The notes under the pieces are model-generated. The model was not told where the DNA came from, searched no databases, and saw only the letters and a list, made by a program, of their open reading frames with translations. From the IMG/VR virus record IMGVR_UViG_3300020255_000009, positions 1 to 26,442 of that record: 26,442 nucleotides of DNA. The stretch is one strand, 5' to 3'. Shown one piece after another: positions 1 through 7,109 of this stretch. Every line of letters starts with the position of its first letter. Position 1 is the stretch's first letter. Made by a program: the position numbers and the translations under genes. The DNA is from a virus (taxonomy: Duplodnaviria; Caudoviricetes).

Positions 1-123
1 TGTAAATGCCACTACCCATTTCTTAGTTTCAATAGTCTTAGTCTCATCTGCTAATCTTGCTAATGTATTTGCTCTGACTTCAACTATATCGTTACTTTCA
101 TTTACAATTAAATCACTAGGCAT
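1..123 (-). CDS. Hypothetical protein, N-terminal part (runs off the left edge)
   Basis: ATG at 123-121 on the minus strand opens 41 stop-free codons to the edge (MPSDLIVNESNDIVEVRANTLARLADETKTIETKKWVVAFT). Not in the ORF track because it is truncated. Confidence 0.6.
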   Translation of the reverse strand, partial: MPSDLIVNESNDIVEVRANTLARLADETKTIETKKWVVAFT

Positions 124-144
124 AAGAAGCAAAGCCGAAAAGAT

Positions 145-193
145 TAAAAATATATGCCTAGCCGTGACTGTAAGTAAGCCAAGACTAGGCATA
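145..193 (-). terminator. Probable intrinsic terminator or hairpin downstream of the 201..815 gene
   Basis: Perfect inverted repeat TATGCCTAG (153-161) / CTAGGCATA (185-193), extendable on the minus-strand RNA with G-U pairs, and followed on that strand by TATTTTT. It starts 8 nt after the stop codon. Confidence 0.6.
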
Positions 194-970
194 GTGTTTG
201 TTATGTCCGTTTGAAGACGATGGATTCAGATTTGAACAGTCTCGTCAACATGAATGGACTATCTTCATGACCATAAGGCGCACGAGTCCAAGCGACTGGA
301 TCATTGAGAGTGAAGTTAGCCTGAATGCTTTTGACATCGGATTGGAGACGTTTCTTTGGAATCCAGATGTCAATGTTGAAATAAGCACCCAAGTCTGGAT
401 CAGCCCACTGTGATATGGTTGGGACTGATGTTTGGTTGCGAGGTTTAGGTAGGATGTGCGGTGCTTCCTCTGACATTGGAAGTTGTGCAAATCCTATGCA
501 TGGGAGGTCAGCTTCCGACATGTTGTTTTTGTCCATGCGGATTGCGACCTTACTTTCTCCGATTACATGTGGATCTGCACCTAAGCGTGGAGCATACACT
601 TGAGTTCGGATGAAGCTTGGCGTGGAAGAGCCTTGAACCATGTCAATGAGCTTTTCACGAGTGAGTTCATTGTTGCGTTCGTTAGGCTGGATTGCCGTGA
701 GATCAAGTGTGAAGTTGAAGGACTCAACGTCACTTATGCCTCCAGATTTACTTGAAAGCGTGATGACTCGGTTGGATGAGGTTTGCTGTGCCTGTTGCGC
801 TAATACTTCAAACATATCTAGTCTCCGTATGGGAGGTTCAACGATACCGATCAACCGATGAAGTTATTTCCATCGATCCCGATACCTTCGGTAGGGAAAC
901 CCTAGAGAGAGAATCCCTAATGGAAACTAAGTAGGTAATCAACGAAACACAGGACAAGCGTGACTGTAAG
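163..970. repeat. 12-bp direct repeat CGTGACTGTAAG at 163-174 and 959-970
   Basis: Exact match read from the sequence. Each copy is intergenic and lies upstream of a leftward gene. Confidence 0.8.
201..815 (-). CDS. Hypothetical protein (204 aa), divergent from the structural operon; putative early gene
   Basis: Long ORF (the track gives a TTG start at 854). ATG at 815 is preferred because a GGAG Shine-Dalgarno lies just upstream (minus strand ACGGAGACTAGATATG). No motif recognised. Confidence 0.75.
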   Translation of the reverse strand: MFEVLAQQAQQTSSNRVITLSSKSGGISDVESFNFTLDLTAIQPNERNNELTREKLIDMVQGSSTPSFIRTQVYAPRLGADPHVIGESKVAIRMDKNNMSEADLPCIGFAQLPMSEEAPHILPKPRNQTSVPTISQWADPDLGAYFNIDIWIPKKRLQSDVKSIQANFTLNDPVAWTRAPYGHEDSPFMLTRLFKSESIVFKRT

Positions 971-1050
971 ATATTATTTATATACTCTTATCTGTTATGG
1001 TTATGTTGTTATTATTAATATATATATATTTATATAATTATATTTATCAT
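971..1050. promoter_or_regulatory. Very AT-rich tract with (TA)n runs; likely promoter or unwinding element
   Basis: Almost pure A/T over about 1009-1047, between divergent gene blocks. Confidence 0.4.
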
Positions 1051-1348
1051 AGTGTTCAGACCTAGTGTTATGTTACTCGTACTGGAGGACGGGTGTTCTG
1101 CCTCTACATCCTGCGTTTCCGTCAAATGCATGTTGCGATATTGCCACATGTACGGATGCAATAGCTTGATGCTTGTCTTGTGATTGAGGTTGTGCTTGCG
1201 ATGTCTGTACTAAACCCTGCTGATCCTACTGACAATATTGTAGACCGAGTTGCCCTTGCCTGTACTGCACAATGGCTATCAACAGTAGCTCGGTATTGCT
1301 AGGCCGTGTTGTTGCCACGTTGCACCATATGTCTGACGAAGGAAGACA

Positions 1349-1429
1349 TGTAGCCAAGAGAATAATGGATATTTTTTCCATTATTCCTCAAATTATTATT
1401 TTTTATAATTTGAGCTTGTCTTGGATACA
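1349..1429. repeat. Nested inverted repeats forming a T/Y-shaped three-way junction
   Basis: Outer stem 1349-1359/1419-1429 (10 of 11 Watson-Crick pairs) encloses two abutting perfect 10-bp hairpins, 1360-1369/1377-1386 and 1387-1396/1405-1414. Confidence 0.8.
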
Positions 1430-1575
1430 CCGAGGGAGGAACGACCGAGGTGGTGCGTTGTTAGACTATTTCATCAAAGGGGGTGGGGGGGCACAAAAAC
1501 AGCCTTCGGTATTGGGAGGGTAGTCCCATTCCTCTACACGGGGGAGATATTGGAAATTGTTATATATAATAACAC

Positions 1576-1605
1576 TTTACAAAAATAATTTTTTAGATAT
1601 ATATT
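1576..1605 (+). promoter_or_regulatory. Possible sigma70-like promoter for the packaging/structural operon
   Basis: TTTACA (1576-1581), 18 nt, TATATT (1600-1605), about 30 nt before ATG 1635. The AT-rich background makes a chance match possible. Confidence 0.3.
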
Positions 1606-1634
1606 TAATTTAGAAACTTTAACAGGATAACCAG

Positions 1635-1904
1635 ATGGGTGATTCTCCAAGTACAAAAGCAGAGGGCAGGAAACGTAATGCGAAGACGAGGCGTTACGAA
1701 AAGAGTAAAACTGCTTATCGTTCTAAGTTGAACAAGAAAAACAGGGAAGATGGGACTTATGGTAATGGAGATGGTAAGGATAAGGCTCATCCGAGTATGA
1801 AGGATCAGGACGAGAGTACGAATCGGCGCGAGGGTCAGGCGAAGGGAGCGAGAAATCGTAAGAAGAAAAAAAAGACGGTATTGAGTAGGAATAAGGATGA
1901 CTGA
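1635..1904 (+). CDS. Small basic protein, degenerate HNH-like phage family
   Basis: K/R-rich 89 aa with R-S-K-L-N...GNGDGKDKAH...ESTNRR, resembling the 'GDGKDVxH...SxNR' small HNH-like proteins found near terminases. AGGA upstream; overlaps the terS start. Confidence 0.55.
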   Translation: MGDSPSTKAEGRKRNAKTRRYEKSKTAYRSKLNKKNREDGTYGNGDGKDKAHPSMKDQDESTNRREGQAKGARNRKKKKKTVLSRNKDD

Positions 1905-2361
1905 TCTAACTCACATACGTTCTCAGAGGAAGAAGGATTTCATAGAGCATTTTGTAGAGAATGGTAATGCTCTTGAAGCTTGTAGATATGCAGGGTACAA
2001 GAGTGATGATTACAAGAAGTTAAGGAATTTGGCAAACACGTTAAAGAGCCAGTTGAAGAAGGAGATTGAGGAAAAGAGTCGTGAGAGGTTGAAGCATATT
2101 GCACCGAAGGCATTGCATACGATGGAGCATTTGATGACGAATGCCGATACGGATGCAGTACGGTTTCAGGCATCTAAGGATTTATTGGACCGAGCAGGAT
2201 ACAAACCAGAGGAGACACAGCTTGAAGTTAAGAGATCGATTGAAGAAATGGAAGCGCAACTTATTAGTTTGGTGGGAGATGAGGGGGCAAAGATTCTTCT
2301 CCAGAAAGTTGTGGTACGAAGAACTGTACCAACCCTTGAAGAACCGACTGTTATCAACTAA
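1897..2361 (+). CDS. terS: Terminase small subunit
   Basis: N-terminal HTH signature FIEHFVENGNALEACRYAGY, helical body with VRFQASKDLLDRAGYKP, 154 aa, upstream of terL. Confidence 0.85.
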   Translation: MTDLTHIRSQRKKDFIEHFVENGNALEACRYAGYKSDDYKKLRNLANTLKSQLKKEIEEKSRERLKHIAPKALHTMEHLMTNADTDAVRFQASKDLLDRAGYKPEETQLEVKRSIEEMEAQLISLVGDEGAKILLQKVVVRRTVPTLEEPTVIN

Positions 2362-2363
2362 AG

Positions 2364-4697
2364 ATGGCTAAGAAACCAACGATTATTACGAAGAAGCGTA
2401 AGGGTGTTGAGATTTCAGTAGATGCTGAAACTAAAAAGATTTTAAGCGAACCTTCTTTACTTGGTGATCGAAGGTTAGATGTTGGAACGAGATCTACTGT
2501 AGACGTAAATTTTGGCAAGAACAAAAATCCAATCTTGTCAAACTTCTCAGAGAGTCCATTTAAATTTAAAGGTAGGCGGTTTAAAACAGCAGAGGGAGCA
2601 TACCAAGCATTTAAATCTGGGAAATACGTTGCAGGCTTTGAAGAGCTTTCTGGTCCTCAAGCAAAATCACTTGGTCGAAATGTCCAAGTTGATAAAAAGA
2701 AATCAGAAAGCATTATGCGTGAGGTTCTTACAGAGAAATATAATCAAGTTCCAAAGTTCAGAAAAGCCCTTAGACAAACATCTGGAGAGATTACGCATTC
2801 TGTAGGAGATAAATTTTGGGCGGAAAAATTCCCTGAAATTCTGACATCATTGCGAGATATTAAATATACCAATACAACTTATGAAAGTTTAGACCCAGAT
2901 ATAAAAGATGATATTGTTCAATCGTATAAAAAAAATATAGAACAATACCAATTCCAATACGATTCAAGGACGAAACCTCCTACCGACACGCCAGCAGGGG
3001 CGTTCTCTTACGCAAAGAAAAGTAAACCTCCGCAAAAGTACACAGGATTTGTAGGAGGAACATCTTCATTTGGTGGTACAACACCGTATCGTTACAAGTA
3101 CACAGGGATGCTTGCCCCAGACGTTCAGGCAACGGATTATCTTAGGAATTTAATTAAGGAAACAGGAAAACGTAAAACAATCAACATTGCGGGACATACT
3201 CTTCCTTCAGAGGTTGTTAGGAAAATTGCAGACACAGATTTGGTTACAGCAACATGGAGTATGAGTGGAAGCAAGAAAAACAAATTCAATGTTCACTCCC
3301 AAGAAGCAAAACAGTTTTTATTTGCTCATGCTGGAGTCCCAGATTCTATGGCAGAAGAGTTTCAGGATTATACAACAACAAGGCATATAGATATTCCTGA
3401 AGATCAAAGATATGGATCGGATGGTGGTCAATATGTCCAAAAAAGTATAGATAGCCGAAGGGTTACAAAACGTAAGCCAGATTTAATTGGAAGGACCCAA
3501 ACGCCTCCTAGTGTTGTTCCTCAAGACGAGGTAATTCCTGTTTCTCAAGCTAGAACTAAAGGTGGAACTTATGGAGGATTAGATTTACCAGATAAGGATT
3601 TACCAAAAGTGACAATCCTTACAGAAATTTCTAAAGAGCTACACGATGTTGTTGGAACAACTCCTGAAGACGTTCCAGAAGGGTTTGTAGATAATGCTGG
3701 TTTCGTAAACGAAGAAGAATTGAAACATTCTGGATTTCAAATAAGAGATGCAGAAAAACCAGAAGCAGGAGCATTAGTTGTTCAAGAACCAGTGCTTTCA
3801 ACTTCTCCGCAAGCAAAAAGAGCAAAAGAGCTTGGAAACTTAATTGTTGAACAGCAACGTGATATGCGTAGTGATAGGACTACCACTTTAACCGATACTC
3901 AGCTAGTGCCTGAATTTAGTGGTGGCAAGAAGTCAGAATTGGTTAGAGAAGGAACAATTGCTACTATTGACGAATTAGATCGCAGTCCTTTAGCAGATGC
4001 ACAACGATCCGCTAGAGTTACAGAACAAGATTTAAATATTCAAATAGCAAAAAAGGGTTCAGACGATTTCAAGAAATTACAATTAAATATTAGGGATGCT
4101 AAAAAGCAAGTACCGAAAGAACCTAATCTTGCTGTCTCATGGGATATTGAAAATCCAGTAACACTTCAGCAAGCAAGAGATGTTGCAAGAAAAACTACTG
4201 AAACTATTTTAACTGGATCTAATATAGATCGTGGTAAGCCACATAATGTTCTTGATGTCAGTTTAGTAAATGAAGGTCCATCTGAACCTTTAGGCCCAAC
4301 AATACCTCAACAAGAATCATATGAAATAAGCCAATCTTTGAACAAACCAAAACAAAAAGTTCAAAGCAGAGAACGCTCATGGAAATCAAGATTAGTGCAA
4401 AGCAGGGGAGCTAAAGTTTTAACTGCATTAGCAACTATCCCAGGACTTGATTTTTTACTTACTCCAGTTGATGTAGCACAGGCTCATGATACTGTAATTA
4501 AGCCTAGACAGGAAAAATATGGTGGGTCTGGCCTTGCATCTGGAAGAGATCGAGATTACGGCAAGGTTATGCAAGCTGGTAAAAGAAAAGTTACTCCACT
4601 TACAGAATTTAAGAATTGGAAAGAATGGGATGCCGTAAAAGGTTTTTCAGCATGGGCAAAAAATAGATCCCAAACCGCTAGAAGCCTACGAAGATGA
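2364..4697 (+). CDS. 777-aa protein with an N-terminal NADAR (YbiA-like) domain and a long uncharacterised C-terminal region
   Basis: aa ~46-166 carry NADAR motifs in order: LSNF-x3-F, FKTAEGAYQAFK, PQAKSLGR, IMREVLTEKYNQ-x-P-x-FRKALRQT, DKFW, ILTSLRD. The rest is polar, P/T/E/K-rich and has no Cys. Confidence 0.8.
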   Translation: MAKKPTIITKKRKGVEISVDAETKKILSEPSLLGDRRLDVGTRSTVDVNFGKNKNPILSNFSESPFKFKGRRFKTAEGAYQAFKSGKYVAGFEELSGPQAKSLGRNVQVDKKKSESIMREVLTEKYNQVPKFRKALRQTSGEITHSVGDKFWAEKFPEILTSLRDIKYTNTTYESLDPDIKDDIVQSYKKNIEQYQFQYDSRTKPPTDTPAGAFSYAKKSKPPQKYTGFVGGTSSFGGTTPYRYKYTGMLAPDVQATDYLRNLIKETGKRKTINIAGHTLPSEVVRKIADTDLVTATWSMSGSKKNKFNVHSQEAKQFLFAHAGVPDSMAEEFQDYTTTRHIDIPEDQRYGSDGGQYVQKSIDSRRVTKRKPDLIGRTQTPPSVVPQDEVIPVSQARTKGGTYGGLDLPDKDLPKVTILTEISKELHDVVGTTPEDVPEGFVDNAGFVNEEELKHSGFQIRDAEKPEAGALVVQEPVLSTSPQAKRAKELGNLIVEQQRDMRSDRTTTLTDTQLVPEFSGGKKSELVREGTIATIDELDRSPLADAQRSARVTEQDLNIQIAKKGSDDFKKLQLNIRDAKKQVPKEPNLAVSWDIENPVTLQQARDVARKTTETILTGSNIDRGKPHNVLDVSLVNEGPSEPLGPTIPQQESYEISQSLNKPKQKVQSRERSWKSRLVQSRGAKVLTALATIPGLDFLLTPVDVAQAHDTVIKPRQEKYGGSGLASGRDRDYGKVMQAGKRKVTPLTEFKNWKEWDAVKGFSAWAKNRSQTARSLRR

Positions 4698-6136
4698 ACG
4701 AGGGGCTTTTATCCCAAGCTCTTGATCTTGCTGAAGCAATTCAAGAGAAAAAAGAATCCAACAAGCTTGCTTGTTACGAACCCTACCCTTATCAGCAGAG
4801 ATTCCACACCGCTAGAGACAATAATGGCAGATTAGCAAGGCAACGCCTATTAATGGCGGCCAATAAAACGGGCAAAACTTTTTGTGGTGCTTCGGAAATG
4901 GCAATTCATTGTATGGGAGTCTATCCCGATTGGTGGGTTGGTCCAAAGTTCAGCAAACCCATAAAAGCATGGGCATGTGGTAATACGGCACAAAATGTCA
5001 GAGATATTGTCCAAGCAGAACTTTTAGGGGAGCCAGGAGATCCAGATGATTTTGGTAAAGGTGCTATTCCCAAAGAAGTTATTGTAAAAACCGAAAGAGC
5101 CCCCGGAATTCCGAATGCTTTAAGCACAGTCTTGGTTAAGCATAAGTCTGGGAAAAACTCTAAGATATTCTTTAAATCCTACGAACAAGGGAAAATGGCA
5201 TTTATGGGTAAAGCCATAGATGTAGTGTGGATGGATGAAGAACCACCACAGGATATTTATTCCCAAGCCCTTCGTGCATCCTTGAAAGGAGGTGGTCTGA
5301 CTTTTATGACTTTTACGCCTGAAAGTGGAATGACCAAAGTTGTGGCACAGTTCGTAAATAACATTCAGCCAAACCAAGCTTTATACAACGCAACTTGGGA
5401 TGATGCACCGCATTTAGATGAAGAAGTTAAACGTGAAATATTAAATGCTCTTCCCTCTCATGAAAGGGACATGAGAAGTAAGGGCATTCCAGTATTAGGT
5501 TCTGGTTTGGTTTTTCCTGTTGACGAAGACCAAATTAAGAGAGAAGCTTTCAAAATACCAGAGCATTGGCCCAGAATATGTGCTATTGACTTTGGGTGGG
5601 ACCATCCAACTGCATGTGTCTGGTTGGCATGGGATCGAGATACCGATTTAGTTTATGTCTATGATGCGTACCGAAAATCAGCCGAAACACCTGAAATCCA
5701 TGCATCTGCCATTAAACGCAGAGGGAATTGGATTCCTGTCATTTGGCCTCATGACGGACACCAACATGACAAAGGTTCTGGTAAATCTTTAGCAGAAATC
5801 TATAGGAGAAATGACCTTGCGATGCACCCTGTCCATTTTGAAAATCCAGAAGGAGGACAAAGTGTCGAGCCTGGACTTATGGAAATGCTACAAAGATTTC
5901 AAACTCAGCGATTACTGGTGTTCAATCATTTATCAGAATGGTTTGAGGAATTCAGGATGTATCATCGTAAGGACGGCAAAATTGTAAAAGAACGTGATGA
6001 TCTTATGTCAGCAACTCGTTATGCGGTACAAAGCCTTAGATATTCTAAAGCGCAATTGCTTGAAAAAAGATTTGATTATGCTATAGGTAGTGATGACAAA
6101 GATTACCCTTATTTTGGAGTAGAAGCATGGCATTAA
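4694..6136 (+). CDS. terL: Terminase large subunit (P22 gp2-like)
   Basis: YPYQ adenine-binding motif, Walker A AANKTGKT, Walker B VVWMDEEP, motif III TFTP, and nuclease motifs AIDFGWDHP and DDLMSATRYA. Confidence 0.96.
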   Translation: MNEGLLSQALDLAEAIQEKKESNKLACYEPYPYQQRFHTARDNNGRLARQRLLMAANKTGKTFCGASEMAIHCMGVYPDWWVGPKFSKPIKAWACGNTAQNVRDIVQAELLGEPGDPDDFGKGAIPKEVIVKTERAPGIPNALSTVLVKHKSGKNSKIFFKSYEQGKMAFMGKAIDVVWMDEEPPQDIYSQALRASLKGGGLTFMTFTPESGMTKVVAQFVNNIQPNQALYNATWDDAPHLDEEVKREILNALPSHERDMRSKGIPVLGSGLVFPVDEDQIKREAFKIPEHWPRICAIDFGWDHPTACVWLAWDRDTDLVYVYDAYRKSAETPEIHASAIKRRGNWIPVIWPHDGHQHDKGSGKSLAEIYRRNDLAMHPVHFENPEGGQSVEPGLMEMLQRFQTQRLLVFNHLSEWFEEFRMYHRKDGKIVKERDDLMSATRYAVQSLRYSKAQLLEKRFDYAIGSDDKDYPYFGVEAWH

Positions 6137-7101
6137 TGAACACAGGTAGAGGTGGTAAAAGCAAAAGACTTGGCAGTAAGCTTCAACGTGCAAGAAGCAT
6201 ATTGAACCAAACAAGACAAAGGATTAGCGGATACCAAGCAGAAGCAAAAAGTTACAACACAGCATTAAGTAATATAAGCTCAAGGCAACAATCTGAAATA
6301 TCAAATTTTAAAAATATTCAAAAAGCATTTTATGAAACAGAAGCAGGAAGGAATATTTTAAACATCAATAAAGCCTATGGCGAAAAAGGTGTTGGTACAT
6401 ATGGGCAAGAAGGTGCTGGAATGCTTGATTGGAATAAAGTAATAACTCCACAGCATCGAGAACATTTTAGAAATATTGCCTATAAAAAAGGAGAAGTAGA
6501 TAAAATGCAAAAAGAATATAATAGAAGGCATGATAAAGGATGGTCATCGCATAAATATGTAACTTATTGGGAAGATATTGTAAAAGATAAACAAGAATGG
6601 AACCCTTTAAGATGGGCATGGGATACTGTTCAAGTAGTAACTGGTCAGAAAAAAATAGTAAAAAAAGTTGATACTACTGCTGAAAAACGTGCTGATATTG
6701 CGAGAAAGCTAAATGAAAGAACTGGCGAATATAATAGAATGATGCAACAACAGACAGGCATTGGAAACAAAACCTATGCTAATCTTCAGGGGGATATGGA
6801 TTTGTATGGCAAAAGCAGAACAGGCAAAGATGCAAAAGCATATACAGCAAAAGGTGATGAACTTTATGGTGAAGGTGGAACATTAGCAAAACTTCAAGCA
6901 GAAGCAGATGATATAAAAACTAAACAACAAGTAACTTTGACTCAATTGGGATTGCAACAAAATTTGTCTAAAAGATACCAATCAGAAATGGCAAGTCTTA
7001 CGTCAATGTGGGCTGGTGCATTAAGAGAAGAACAGATGAAAGGCAACCGTAGAAGTGGTAAAGATTCTAATAAGCCAAGATTAGGCCAAGGATACGCATA
7101 G
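6127..7101 (+). CDS. Hypothetical basic, helical/coiled-coil protein (324 aa); possible internal virion protein
   Basis: Long ORF overlapping the terL stop, with host-operon-like codon usage, Q/K/A-rich, no Cys. Confidence 0.75.
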   Translation: MALMNTGRGGKSKRLGSKLQRARSILNQTRQRISGYQAEAKSYNTALSNISSRQQSEISNFKNIQKAFYETEAGRNILNINKAYGEKGVGTYGQEGAGMLDWNKVITPQHREHFRNIAYKKGEVDKMQKEYNRRHDKGWSSHKYVTYWEDIVKDKQEWNPLRWAWDTVQVVTGQKKIVKKVDTTAEKRADIARKLNERTGEYNRMMQQQTGIGNKTYANLQGDMDLYGKSRTGKDAKAYTAKGDELYGEGGTLAKLQAEADDIKTKQQVTLTQLGLQQNLSKRYQSEMASLTSMWAGALREEQMKGNRRSGKDSNKPRLGQGYA

Positions 7102-7109
7102 GAGAAACT

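Noticed and set aside
198-861. Short + strand ORFs (198..413, 415..603, 640..861) and the nested minus-strand ORF 245..490
   Set aside because: Shadow frames of the 201..815 gene.
855-950. CCGATGA ... CGAAAC resembling a hammerhead core
   Set aside because: The conserved U of CUGA is C, and I could not build the flanking stems convincingly.
1333-1350. CTGACGA, matching the hammerhead ribozyme core CUGANGA
   Set aside because: No downstream stem II plus GAAA, and no stem III/NUH arrangement.
1272-1523. 83-aa + strand ORF in the divergent region
   Set aside because: No SD, it runs through the hairpin and G-run elements, and the composition is not protein-like; probably spurious.
816-1634. 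CRISPR mini-array or tRNA in the non-coding region
   Set aside because: No regularly spaced repeats of 23 bp or more, and no cloverleaf or T-loop consensus seen.
2364-4697. Intron, intein or homing endonuclease explaining the gap between terS and terL
   Set aside because: TerS and TerL both look intact, and the inserted ORF has no LAGLIDADG, GIY-YIG, HNH or intein motifs.
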